Program-made: the position numbers and the translations under genes
Notes under the pieces: generated by a model
Seen by the model: the letters and a program-made list of their open reading frames with translations, nothing else
Databases searched by the model: none
Told to the model about the DNA's origin: nothing
Assembly (NCBI GenBank): GCA_947476735.1
Contig: CANJRZ010000001.1
Location: 17,288-81,287, forward strand
From: Sphingomonadaceae bacterium
GTDB taxonomy: Bacteria > Pseudomonadota > Alphaproteobacteria > Sphingomonadales > Sphingomonadaceae
DNA length: 64,000 nt
Direction: 5' to 3'
Part shown: positions 1 through 9,400 of the stretch, piece after piece
Position numbering within the stretch: the stretch's first letter is position 1
Layout: every line of letters begins with the position of its first letter

Positions 1-702
1 TGCGGGCGTAAAGGGATCCGTGTCGCCTCCATGAAAGCCGTAAAAATAGGTAAAGCCTTGCCCAGTAGGCCAGCGATCAAACGGCCCTGCAGCGCTCTGC
101 TCCCATTCCGGCGTGATATGCCACTTGCCGAAGGCACCAGTCGTGTACCCATTTTGCCGCATCGTCTCGGCGATCATCCCTGTCGACTTTGGAATAACCG
201 ACGTATAGCCCTCATATCCAGTTGGCAGGTTGTTGAGATTGCCCATATTTACGTTGTGGGGTTCGCGCCCGGTAAGCAGTGCCGCTCGCGTAGGCGAGCA
301 TATAGCGGTCGTGTTGAACTGATTATAGCGCGCGCCTCGCGATGCCAGGGCTTCGACTGCGGGTGTCGGAATAAGGCCCCCGAATACTGTGCTCGATCCA
401 AACCCTTCATCGTCGGTCATGATGAGCAAGACGTTTGGCGCTCCCGCGGGAGCCACTGGGCTCTGCGGCCACCGCGCAGGGCCCGATTCCGCTGCCGTCC
501 GCCCCACATCGGTCTGGCCCGTCGGTTCGGCAGGCGGCAAGACCCTCTGGGCTGAGGCTCCCGAGGCACTCATGAAGAGTACCGCCAGACCAGTTAGACC
601 GAATATAGACGAGCCTTTTCCAAGCCAGACCATGATACGACGCTTTTGGAGTCCAATGGCTTCTTCTTGAGGGCGGATCGCGGGCGTTTTTTTATTCTTC
701 AT
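1..702 (-). CDS. Arylsulfatase (type I, Cys-type), N-terminal part; runs off the window edge
   Basis: Hand translation of the minus strand from ATG at 702 (SD GAGGAG) is open to base 1. It reads ..APNVLLIMTDDEGFG..NTTAICSPTRAALLTGR..FGKWH..RWPTGQGFTYFYGF. The CxPxR formylglycine motif has its Cys codon at 298-300. Absent from the ORF track because its stop is outside the window. Confidence 0.93.
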   Translation of the reverse strand, partial: MKNKKTPAIRPQEEAIGLQKRRIMVWLGKGSSIFGLTGLAVLFMSASGASAQRVLPPAEPTGQTDVGRTAAESGPARWPQSPVAPAGAPNVLLIMTDDEGFGSSTVFGGLIPTPAVEALASRGARYNQFNTTAICSPTRAALLTGREPHNVNMGNLNNLPTGYEGYTSVIPKSTGMIAETMRQNGYTTGAFGKWHITPEWEQSAAGPFDRWPTGQGFTYFYGFHGGDTDPFTPA

Positions 703-867
703 GGTTCGCTCTCCTCTTCGAGCAAGCATCAATGTCCAACCCGAGTCACCGCCGCTGATCATCTTGATAGAGGCCGAAGACCCGTCGTCATCAGGCTCCC
801 GCCAAGCCGCTCACTCGCAAAAGAAAGCTTGCCTGTCAATATGATTGGTATATTGAATATATTATTG

Positions 868-888
868 ATAGTTTATAATGATTACTAT
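868..888. promoter_or_regulatory. Candidate operator ATAGT-N11-ACTAT in the AT-rich divergent sulfatase/TBDR promoter
   Basis: atagtttataatgattactat; the 19-bp core matches 14/19 to the reverse complement of the site at 14777-14795. Confidence 0.55.
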
Positions 889-932
889 TATGCAGATGTG
901 CAGATTCCAGTGTGCCACGCTTGATTTAGGGG

Positions 933-3341
933 ATGCGACCGATGAAACGCCTTAGCCTCAATGACTTTCTGACAAGCTGTGCGTTTGTGGCGTTAGCCGC
1001 TGCATCGCCGGGGTTCGCTCAAACATCTGCTGCAGAGATCACCCCGGTGGCAGTGGGTGATGATGTGGGCGATATCGTGGTGACTGCGAACAAGCGCGAG
1101 GAGCGCTTGAACAGGCTCGGTTTGACGGTGACGGCGATTTCTGGTGCGGCACTTGCGGAAAGAAGGATCACCTCGCTTCAGGACGTTGCGGCCGCAGTAC
1201 CAGGTCTGACGTTCGCGCAGAGCGCGGCCAACACGCCGATCCTGTCGCTGCGCGGCATCGGTTTCAACGAAAGTTCGCTCGGCGTTTATCCGGCGGTCAG
1301 CGTCTATGTCGACCAGGCGCCGCTGCCCTTCCCCGTGCTGGCCAGCCACGCCGCTTTCGACCTCCAGCGCATCGAGGTGCTCAAAGGTCCCCAGGGCACC
1401 CTGTTCGGCCAGAACTCCACCGGCGGCGCCATCAACTATATCGCCGCCAAGCCTACCCAGGAGTTCAAAGCCGGCGGCGACATTAGCTATGGCCGCTTCA
1501 ACATGATCGAAGGCAATGCCTTCATCAGCGGCCCCATCGCCGAGAATGTCCGCGCCCGCCTTGCCGTCTCAGGCCTCCGGGCCGACGGATGGCAGATCAG
1601 CAACAGCCGGCCCGACGACCGCAACGGCAAGCAAAGCTATGTCACCGGCCGCTTCCTGCTTGATTGGGACCCAAGCGAGGCCATCCACCTCTCGTTCAGC
1701 CTCAATGGCTGGCGTGACACCTCCGAACCGCAGGCCGGCCAGTTTATCCTGCTGCGGGGGCAGACACCCGCCGACGTGCAACCCCAGGAACTGGTCCAGC
1801 CGTTTTCGCCAGAAAAGCCCCGCGCCGCGGACTGGTCGACCGGCGTCGGGACGCCTCGCAGCAATCGTAAATTCTATCAGCCAGCCTTCCGTGCGGACGT
1901 CGAGCTCAACGAGAGCCTTACGCTCACCTCGCTGACATCCTATGCTCATTACACGCAGGATCAGACCACTGACGGCGACGGCTCGCCCCTGGTGGTCAAC
2001 AATTTCCAGCAAGATAACGGCTATCTTCACTCGTTCAATCAGGAGCTGCGTATCGCAAACGCTACCAGCTCGGCTTTCCGCTGGGTGCTGGGTGCCAACT
2101 ACGAGAGGAGCAACACCTTCCAGCGCCAGTTGCTCGTCTACAGCGATAATTCGAGCAATGCTCCTTCCAAGCTGTTCCTGCAGCGAAACTTTCAGCAAGG
2201 GCAGCAATCGATACGCAACTATGCGTTCTTCGGAAACGCCGAGTTCGACCTTACCCCCGACATCACCCTGAAAGCGGCCGCGCGCTACACCGATTCCCGC
2301 AACCGCGCCGCGATCTGCGGTTATGACGCCGGCGACGGCAATGCCGCTAACTTTTTCAATTTTCTCGGCACCCGACTTGGCACTGTGCCATTCACTCGCG
2401 TTGGATCGTCGGGCTCCGCCGATGGAAACTGCTTCTCGCTCAACGGGAACAATGTTCCAAGCGGCGTGCCCTATAAAAATACTTTGAGCGAGGATAATGT
2501 TTCCTGGCGCGTCGGACTCGATTACCGGCTCAATCCAGCCGTGTTGCTCTATGCAAACGCCTCGCGCGGTTACAAGGCCGGCAGCTATCCGATCCTCGCT
2601 GCGGCGTCGATCTCACAGTTTATGCCCGTAACCCAGGAATCAGTCACTGCCTTTGAGGGTGGCTTTAAGGTAAAATTGTGGGATAGCCGGATCCAGATCA
2701 ATAATGCAGCTTTTTATTATAAATATAAAGACAAACAAGTACTTACGAAAGATAGATTTCTAGTTTTCGGAGTTCTTGACATACTTCGAAACATCCCCAA
2801 ATCTCGGGTACTCGGATTGGAGAGCGAGTTCACGATCAGACCAGTCGCCGGGCTGACCATGGCGGCGGCCATCACCTATCTTGATACCAAGATTCAAAGA
2901 TATCTGGGCGTCGACTACATCGGCACCAATCGCAACTTCGCTGGCGAGCCACTCCCGTTCGCGCCAAAGTGGAACTATAGTTTTAACGTCGACTATCGTT
3001 TAAAGACGAATGGCGGCGGCACTCCATTTGTCGGAGTCAGCGTGAATGGCCACTCCTCGTCCGACACCGTGCCCGGCGGCGGCACGATCCCCGTCACGTC
3101 GGCGCCCACAACACGAATCTTGCCTGGCTTAGCCTTTCCGTTTCGTACCAACTCCTACACCACGGTCGACGGCAGACTGGGTTATGAGGCTCCCGGAGGC
3201 CGCTGGAGGGCGATGGTGTGGGGTAAGAATATCTTCAACAGATATTACTGGACCAACGTGGTCACGCGGGCGGACTTCAGCTCTAGATATGCTGGAAAAC
3301 CCGCCACCTACGGCCTAACGATCGGCTTCAATATTGAATGA
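933..3341 (+). CDS. TonB-dependent outer-membrane receptor
   Basis: Signal peptide, TonB box region DIVVTANKRE, plug motif RIEVLKGPQGTLFGQNSTGGAIN, 802 aa, terminal aromatic residue (..GFNIE). Confidence 0.95.
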   Translation: MRPMKRLSLNDFLTSCAFVALAAASPGFAQTSAAEITPVAVGDDVGDIVVTANKREERLNRLGLTVTAISGAALAERRITSLQDVAAAVPGLTFAQSAANTPILSLRGIGFNESSLGVYPAVSVYVDQAPLPFPVLASHAAFDLQRIEVLKGPQGTLFGQNSTGGAINYIAAKPTQEFKAGGDISYGRFNMIEGNAFISGPIAENVRARLAVSGLRADGWQISNSRPDDRNGKQSYVTGRFLLDWDPSEAIHLSFSLNGWRDTSEPQAGQFILLRGQTPADVQPQELVQPFSPEKPRAADWSTGVGTPRSNRKFYQPAFRADVELNESLTLTSLTSYAHYTQDQTTDGDGSPLVVNNFQQDNGYLHSFNQELRIANATSSAFRWVLGANYERSNTFQRQLLVYSDNSSNAPSKLFLQRNFQQGQQSIRNYAFFGNAEFDLTPDITLKAAARYTDSRNRAAICGYDAGDGNAANFFNFLGTRLGTVPFTRVGSSGSADGNCFSLNGNNVPSGVPYKNTLSEDNVSWRVGLDYRLNPAVLLYANASRGYKAGSYPILAAASISQFMPVTQESVTAFEGGFKVKLWDSRIQINNAAFYYKYKDKQVLTKDRFLVFGVLDILRNIPKSRVLGLESEFTIRPVAGLTMAAAITYLDTKIQRYLGVDYIGTNRNFAGEPLPFAPKWNYSFNVDYRLKTNGGGTPFVGVSVNGHSSSDTVPGGGTIPVTSAPTTRILPGLAFPFRTNSYTTVDGRLGYEAPGGRWRAMVWGKNIFNRYYWTNVVTRADFSSRYAGKPATYGLTIGFNIE

Positions 3342-3846
3342 TGTAATCTCCTACCGGCCGCGCCACTGTGATGACCCGCTCCATCGGGGCGTCCTACCGG
3401 TTGAATTGCAATCCAGTTGGCCGGCCGCTTCGACCAGCTAACTCAAGGATCTGAAGCGTCCCGTCATCCTGTCGTCGAGGCAACTAAACCTCGAGCTGCC
3501 AGGATGATGGCGCTGCGGCGGATGCCGGAGCACAAATCTGAATCGCTTTGGCGTACGGCCCAGTGGCTTGCTGCCGCGCCCGGTGGTGTGACATTTACCC
3601 TGGCGGCAATCGGCTGAGGTAGGCTACGACCGCGCATTCGCCCTGCGAGAACGGAAGAGAAGCCACCGGTCTTACACCGTCGGCGAGTAGCACTACCGCC
3701 TTCACCGGTGACTTCCAAGTTGCTCAGCCGATAGATGGTCGCTCGAAACCCTGGTTAACCCGCCGATGTGGAGAATCGCGACGGTGCCTGGCGCCTCTCG
3801 GCAAGCTATCGAGGTCGCCCTCCGTTCATAACTCGCCTACCTATAC

Positions 3847-4782
3847 TTACGGATCAAGGCGAACAATGCAGCGGAAGCCGAGGTGTGATGTGGACGTATC
3901 CTCGGGCTGGGGGTAACGGGCTGCTGGGCGGTAGCGCGCGCAATAACTGGGCGCGCAAAGATGCGAGCCGCCCTTGATAACCATCGTGCGGACCGTGACG
4001 CCCGATGAAAGAGCATCAGGATGAATCTGATCGCCGAATTGGCAACAGCCCCCCACCGCATCGCTTCCACCGTAGAGTTCTCGAGTCCATTCCCAGACGT
4101 TGCCAATCATGTCGACAAGTCCATACCGGTTGGGCGGATAGGTTCCTACAGGTGAGGTCCGCTTGAGCGGACCGTCGTCTTCTGCGTGGCAGGGAAAGAT
4201 TCCGTGCCATATATTTGCGGGCACGCGACCAGCGACCTCCCTGCGATTTCCCCAGGCATAATCCTTTGCCTTGAGCCCGCCCCGCGCCGCATATTCCCAT
4301 TCGGATTCGGTGGGAAGCACCTTGCCAACCCACTTGGCGTAGGCCTCGGCATCCCGAAGGGCGACGTGAACAACAGGGTGGTGTTCTAGGCCGAGCAGAG
4401 AACTCCCCAGTCCGAGCGGCCGGTGCCAGCACGCGCCTTCGCAGAGCTTCCACCACTGGAGCGGATCGCTGAGAGATATCGGGCGGGGGGCGGGGAAGAA
4501 GACGAGTGACGCGGGGCGGATCAGCTCAGGCCGGATGCCGGGATAGTAGGCAGCTTTTGGTTCCTCCTCGGCCAGCGTCACATAGCCGGTCGCCTTCACG
4601 AACCGGGAAAACGCTTCGTTCGTCACCGGCGTCTCGTCGATCCAGAATGGCGCGACCGCAACCTCGCGCACCGGCGCTTCGTCGGGATAGTGCCTTTCGG
4701 ATCCCATGCGGAATGTGCCGCCAGGTAGAAGGCGCATGCCGTGAGTCATGACGGAATCTGGTGTTATAGAAGAGGCAGTCAC
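3847..4782 (-). CDS. Formylglycine-generating enzyme (SUMF1/FGE-sulfatase domain)
   Basis: GTFRMGS, LPTESEWEYAARGG, GNVWEW, KGGSHLCAPSYCARYRPAAR, GFRC motifs. Start set at GTG 4782 with GGAG SD. Confidence 0.9.
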   Translation of the reverse strand: MTASSITPDSVMTHGMRLLPGGTFRMGSERHYPDEAPVREVAVAPFWIDETPVTNEAFSRFVKATGYVTLAEEEPKAAYYPGIRPELIRPASLVFFPAPRPISLSDPLQWWKLCEGACWHRPLGLGSSLLGLEHHPVVHVALRDAEAYAKWVGKVLPTESEWEYAARGGLKAKDYAWGNRREVAGRVPANIWHGIFPCHAEDDGPLKRTSPVGTYPPNRYGLVDMIGNVWEWTRELYGGSDAVGGCCQFGDQIHPDALSSGVTVRTMVIKGGSHLCAPSYCARYRPAARYPQPEDTSTSHLGFRCIVRLDP

Positions 4783-4860
4783 TCTATCTCCATGGTGAGG
4801 CCGTTGCCGACAAAAGCTGTATGGTCCATGTCCGCGAATCACCCTGTCATTGTCCGCCGA

Positions 4861-5307
4861 TCAGCCGTCGACGATCGCCTGTAGATTGGCTTCCATTTTC
4901 TGCAGCGCGGAAATGGCATGTTCCAGCTCTTCAGTCGTGATGCCCGCGAGCGCCGCGTCCTGGACATCGGTGCTCGACTGCCGGATTTGCTCGACGACAT
5001 GACGCCCTTCGGCGCTCAGGTGTACGCGCTTCATGCGGCGGTCGACGGCATCGATCTTGCGCTGGATCAGGCCGGTCTTTTCCAGCCGATCGATCAGCCC
5101 TCCCAAGGCGACCTTGCCCATGTTGAGTTCGTCGGCCAATTCGCCTTGCGATTTGCCGTCATGCAACGAAATATAAGTGAGTATCCACCATTGGCCGCCG
5201 GTGATCCCCAGCGGCTTCATCACCTGGTCGATCGCCTTTCGGCGGACGCGTGATACCTCATGCACCAGAACGCCGAAAGAAAGCTTTCTGCTTAAACCTT
5301 TAGCCAC
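4861..5307 (-). CDS. MarR-family transcriptional regulator
   Basis: 148 aa, wHTH with LIDRLEKTGLIQRKIDAVDRR. Confidence 0.92.
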   Translation of the reverse strand: MAKGLSRKLSFGVLVHEVSRVRRKAIDQVMKPLGITGGQWWILTYISLHDGKSQGELADELNMGKVALGGLIDRLEKTGLIQRKIDAVDRRMKRVHLSAEGRHVVEQIRQSSTDVQDAALAGITTEELEHAISALQKMEANLQAIVDG

Positions 5308-5398
5308 CCGTTATTTTCCATATCGAACTGTTGAGCTGTCATTACCGAAAAGATCGACATATTTCCAGCCGCTTCCACGCCGGCATTGCGCGCGGCTG

Positions 5399-6328
5399 TT
5401 AGAAACCCACCCGGTCGCCTCCCTTGAGCAGCAATATCGCGCGTGCCTCTGCCGGTGTCGCGATCGTCAGGCCCAATCCCTCGACGATCTTGCGCACACG
5501 CCGCACCTGTTGGGCATTGGTCTGTGCCAGTTCGCCCTTTCCAATCCACAAGGAATCCTCGAGCCCGACGCGGACATTGCCACCCAGCGCGGCGCCAAGG
5601 GCGGCGACGCGCATCTGGGCCGCGCCGGCCCCCAGGACCGACCACTGGAAATCACTCCCGAACAGGCGATCGGCCGTCCGCTTCATGACGAACACATCAT
5701 CGGCATGATTGCCGATGCCGCCCAGGATACCGAATACACTCTGGATGAAGAAAGGCGGCTTGATCAGGCCGCGGTCGACGAAATGCGACAGCGTGTAGAG
5801 ATGGCCGATATCATAGCATTCCACCTCGAAGCGAGTGTCGTTTTCGCTACAGCTGCGCAGGATATCTTCGATATCGCCCAGCGTATTCCGGAAGAAGCCG
5901 TGGCGCGTGCCTTCTAGATATTCGCGCTCCCAGCCATCAAGGCCACGATAGCGTTCGAGCATCGGATAGAGGCCGAAGTTCATCGTCCCCATGTTGAGCG
6001 ACGCGATCTCAGGCTTGAATTCCACCGCCGGGCGCAGGCGATCCGCGATGCACATTGTCTGCGAACCGCCGGTGGTAATGTTGAGCACTGCGTCAGACCG
6101 CTGGCGGATAGCCTGCAGGAAGGGCTTGAACAACGCCGGGTTCTGGTCCGGCTGACCGGTTCCGGGATTACGCGCATGAAGATGGATGACGGCGGCGCCC
6201 GCCTCCGCCGCGCCGATAGCGGCCTCGGCGATCTGTTCCGCCGTGACCGGCAGATGGGGCGACATCGACGGTGTATGGATGCTGCCGGTCACCGCGCAAG
6301 TGATGATGACTTTGCCTGACTTGGCCAA
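5399..6328 (-). CDS. BKACE / DUF849 beta-keto acid cleavage enzyme
   Basis: VIITCAVTGSIHTPSMSP, IHLHAR, SLNMG, VRVGLED motifs. Confidence 0.92.
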   Translation of the reverse strand: MAKSGKVIITCAVTGSIHTPSMSPHLPVTAEQIAEAAIGAAEAGAAVIHLHARNPGTGQPDQNPALFKPFLQAIRQRSDAVLNITTGGSQTMCIADRLRPAVEFKPEIASLNMGTMNFGLYPMLERYRGLDGWEREYLEGTRHGFFRNTLGDIEDILRSCSENDTRFEVECYDIGHLYTLSHFVDRGLIKPPFFIQSVFGILGGIGNHADDVFVMKRTADRLFGSDFQWSVLGAGAAQMRVAALGAALGGNVRVGLEDSLWIGKGELAQTNAQQVRRVRKIVEGLGLTIATPAEARAILLLKGGDRVGF

Positions 6329-6344
6329 AGTGAGTTCCTTCAGT

Positions 6345-7274
6345 TCACAGCAGGCGGGCGGGAAGCCCCGCCTGCTTCAGCTTGCCCGGCAGGGGATGCC
6401 CGACGATATGTTCGGCGAGACGTGCCGCCTCGATCAGCGCCGGGATATCGAGGCCGGTCTCGATCCCAAGCTCCGCGCAAAGATAAGCTAGATCCTCGGT
6501 GCAGAGATTCCCGGCCGCCGGCCGATTCCCGGCAAAGGGACAGCCACCGAGACCGCCGATCGAGGTGTCGAACCGAGCTACGCCCAGTTGAAGGCCGGTC
6601 AGCGCGTTGGCCATTCCGACACCCCGTGTGTCATGCAGATGTAGGCCGAGCGGCAGTTCAGGCCAATGGCTGCGGACCTCGGCGATGACGCGTTCGATCG
6701 TCGGTGGAGATGCCGAACCGATGGTGTCGCACAGATAGACCACTTCCGGATCGGGAATGACCGACAGCAGGTCCTCGATCGCGCCGATCACCAGCGTGGG
6801 GGCTATCTCGCCCTCATAGTTGCATCCGAAGGCCGTGAAGACGTAGGCCGCGAAAGCATCGATGGCGGCATCGCGGTAATCGCTCATCAGGCTCTGCTGC
6901 CCCGCAAGCATTTCCGCGCGGTTGCGATTGTTGTTCTTGATCCCGAAGGTCTCCGAAGCGCTGGCGACAACGAGGCCGGTCAGATCGAGCGGCGTCGCCC
7001 TGGCGCGCGCGAAACCCGACGCATTAAGCCACAAGCCGGTATAGCGTACCCCTGCGCGTTTGCGCAGCCCGGCGGCGACCTCCTCCGCATCGGCCATTTG
7101 CGGGACATATTTTGGGCTGACGAATGAGCAGCAAGCAATGTCGCCCAACCCGGTCTCAGCCAGCGCATCGATGAGCTCGATCTTCGCTGCGGCAACTATG
7201 CCGGGGGGTTCGCTCTGGAATCCCTCGCGCGGCCCTTCCTCGCAAATCCGTACCGTGCTGGGCAGGTCGCTCAT
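6345..7274 (-). CDS. HMG-CoA lyase-like (DRE-TIM) acyl-CoA lyase
   Basis: EEGPREGFQ, LHLHDTRG, GLGGCPFA. Confidence 0.88.
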   Translation of the reverse strand: MSDLPSTVRICEEGPREGFQSEPPGIVAAAKIELIDALAETGLGDIACCSFVSPKYVPQMADAEEVAAGLRKRAGVRYTGLWLNASGFARARATPLDLTGLVVASASETFGIKNNNRNRAEMLAGQQSLMSDYRDAAIDAFAAYVFTAFGCNYEGEIAPTLVIGAIEDLLSVIPDPEVVYLCDTIGSASPPTIERVIAEVRSHWPELPLGLHLHDTRGVGMANALTGLQLGVARFDTSIGGLGGCPFAGNRPAAGNLCTEDLAYLCAELGIETGLDIPALIEAARLAEHIVGHPLPGKLKQAGLPARLL

Positions 7275-7278
7275 GATA

Positions 7279-8097
7279 TTAACGGCCGGTCCACCGGGGC
7301 GGGCGCTTTTCGTTGAATGCTGCGATGCCTTCGATGGAATCCTCGGTCAGCGCCAGGGTCGCCAGCTGCGTTTCCATGAACGAGATCGCCTGTTCTATCG
7401 TCATGTTCCGCGTAGCCCTCAACGCATGTTTGCCACGGCGGATGGCAGTGGGTGATTTGCCGACCAGCCGGTCGATCAGCCAGTCAGTCCTGGCGTCCAG
7501 TTCTCCGATCGGCGTCACATAATTGACAAGGCCGATGTCCAGCGCTTCCGCGGCGCCAATCGGTTCGCCGGTCAGGCACAGTTCGGCAAATTTGCGGCGC
7601 GAGATAAGGCTCTGCAGCAAGGCGGAGACTTGCATCGGAAACATGCCGATCTTGACTTCCGGCAGGCCGAAAAGCGCATTATCACTCGCGACCGCCATGT
7701 CAGCCATGGTCAGGAGCCCCATGCCGCCGGCCATGCAATGGCCGTTTATGCGCGCGATGATCGGCAAATCGCAGCCATAAGCGGCGCGCAGAAGGTTGCC
7801 GAGAGGCGTGGTGGGCGCCGAGTGATCGAACTCGAAAGTCTTCGAATCGGGCTTGAGGTCGCCGCCGGCGCAGAAGGCGCTATCGCCCGCCCCGGTGAGC
7901 ACGATGGCGCGCAACCCGCTCACTTCGCGCGCGCTGACGATCCCGACGGCAAGCCGGGTCAGGACGTCATCGTTGAGCGCGTTGCGAACCTTCTCGCGAT
8001 TGATCGTCAACCAGCGGACAATGCCGCGATCCTCGACCAGCACGCTGTCGTCGGCCGGGCCGGGGTGGGGAATGATAGGGGCCGGTGTCGCGGTCAT
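7279..8097 (-). CDS. Enoyl-CoA hydratase/isomerase
   Basis: AFCAGGDL, GHCMAGGMGL, FGLPEVKIG. Start moved to ATG 8097 to avoid overlap with the upstream ACAD. Confidence 0.9.
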   Translation of the reverse strand: MTATPAPIIPHPGPADDSVLVEDRGIVRWLTINREKVRNALNDDVLTRLAVGIVSAREVSGLRAIVLTGAGDSAFCAGGDLKPDSKTFEFDHSAPTTPLGNLLRAAYGCDLPIIARINGHCMAGGMGLLTMADMAVASDNALFGLPEVKIGMFPMQVSALLQSLISRRKFAELCLTGEPIGAAEALDIGLVNYVTPIGELDARTDWLIDRLVGKSPTAIRRGKHALRATRNMTIEQAISFMETQLATLALTEDSIEGIAAFNEKRPPRWTGR

Positions 8098-8110
8098 GGC
8101 GCTGCCCGGT

Positions 8111-9277
8111 CTAATAGGATCGTGGCAGGCCGAGCACATGCTCGGCGATCTGCGCCAGGATCAGGTTTTCGGAAATCGGCGCGATCCGCATGAGGCGCGC
8201 CTCACGGAAGAGCCGCTCGACATGGAATTCCGCAGCATAGCCATAGCCACCATGGGTCTGGACGGCGCGGTCGGCTGCCTGGAACCCGGCTTCGCCGGCG
8301 AGAAACTTCGCGGTATTTGCTTCGGTCCCGCAAGGGTAACCATTGTCGTACAGCCAGGCCGCTTTTTCGGCCATCAGTTCGGCGGCGGTAAGGCGTGTAT
8401 GCGAATCCGCCAGTGGCAGCTGAATGCCCTGATTCTGGCCAATGGGCCGCCCGAAAACGCGCCGGTCGTTGGCGTAGCTCACCGCGCGGGACAACGCTGC
8501 GCGACCGACACCGATCGCCTCGAAGGCGACGAGGATACGCTCGGGATTGAGACCGTCGAGCAGATAGTGGAAGCCTCGACCTTCTTCGCCGACCCGGTCC
8601 TCGACCGAGACATGGAGATTGTCGAAGAAGACGTCGTTGGATGCGACGGCATGCCGGCCTAGCTTGCGGATCGGATTGATCGTGACGCAGGCGGGGTCAA
8701 GGTCGGCGAGGAACAGGGTCATGCCGTCGGTGCGCTTCTTGCAATCCTGCAGCGGCGTCGTACGGGTCAGCAGGAGAACCTTCTGGCATTGCGCCGCCTT
8801 GGTCAGCCAGGTCTTGCGGCCATTTATCACATAATGATCGCCGTCGCGCACAGCGCGTGTGGTGATACGGGTGGTATCTGTGCCGGCATCGGGCTCGGTC
8901 ACGCCGAAGCAGATGTTCAGCTTTCCGGACACCACCTCGGGCACATATTTGTGCCTCATCGCATCGCCGCCATGTTTGATCACGGGGTTGATGCCGAACA
9001 TGCTCAGATGGACAGCGCTTGCGCCGTTGAGGCCCGCGCCGGTCTCGCACACGGTTCGCAGGACGATGCCGGCCTCGGCAATCCCGAGGCCGGACCCGCC
9101 GAGTTCCTCTGGAATGGCGATGCCGAGCAATCCGGCTTCCGCGAAGGCATCGTAGAAAGCGGCAGGATATTCGTGCTTTTCGTCGACCGACAGCCAATAG
9201 TCGTCGGGAAAGGAGCGCATGAGCGCCTTCACCGTGTCTATGATGGCCTCGTGGTCGGGGTTCGCGCTAAAATCCAT
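8111..9277 (-). CDS. Acyl-CoA dehydrogenase
   Basis: FGVTEPDAGTD, INGRKTW, QTHGGYGY; start ATG 9277. Confidence 0.92.
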   Translation of the reverse strand: MDFSANPDHEAIIDTVKALMRSFPDDYWLSVDEKHEYPAAFYDAFAEAGLLGIAIPEELGGSGLGIAEAGIVLRTVCETGAGLNGASAVHLSMFGINPVIKHGGDAMRHKYVPEVVSGKLNICFGVTEPDAGTDTTRITTRAVRDGDHYVINGRKTWLTKAAQCQKVLLLTRTTPLQDCKKRTDGMTLFLADLDPACVTINPIRKLGRHAVASNDVFFDNLHVSVEDRVGEEGRGFHYLLDGLNPERILVAFEAIGVGRAALSRAVSYANDRRVFGRPIGQNQGIQLPLADSHTRLTAAELMAEKAAWLYDNGYPCGTEANTAKFLAGEAGFQAADRAVQTHGGYGYAAEFHVERLFREARLMRIAPISENLILAQIAEHVLGLPRSY

Positions 9278-9366
9278 GGGATACCTTGATCTGGCATGAG
9301 GCGCGCTGTCTCGCGGCCCCGGGGAGCACAAATAAAAAAGGGCTATGAAACTGTCAACAATATAAT

Positions 9367-9385
9367 CTATAAACATTGATTACTG
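9367..9385. promoter_or_regulatory. Weaker copy of the 19-bp motif in the divergent ACAD/CaiB promoter
   Basis: ctataaacattgattactg; shares TGATTACT with the 868-888 site, while the left half is degenerate. Confidence 0.35.
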
Positions 9386-9400
9386 ATTTGGAGAGATGGA

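Noticed and set aside
834-870. TGTCAATATGA near 834 and TTCAATATTGA near 50221 as further copies of the 35-bp palindrome
   Set aside because: No matching second arm at the 13-bp spacing
31-924. Plus-strand ORFs 31-555, 389-670 and 646-924
   Set aside because: Shadows of the minus-strand sulfatase and the promoter region; no motifs
3342-3846. 500-bp gap between the TBDR and FGE genes; short ORFs, one with an RVNVTPPG stretch reminiscent of SDRs
   Set aside because: No SD, no Rossmann or YxxxK motif, and no consistent frame; cannot support a pseudogene call
6349-6376. 10-bp-arm hairpin AGCAGGCGGG/CCCGCCTGCT at the lyase/BKACE junction
   Set aside because: Lies within coding sequence, has no U-tract and occurs once; not supportable as a terminator
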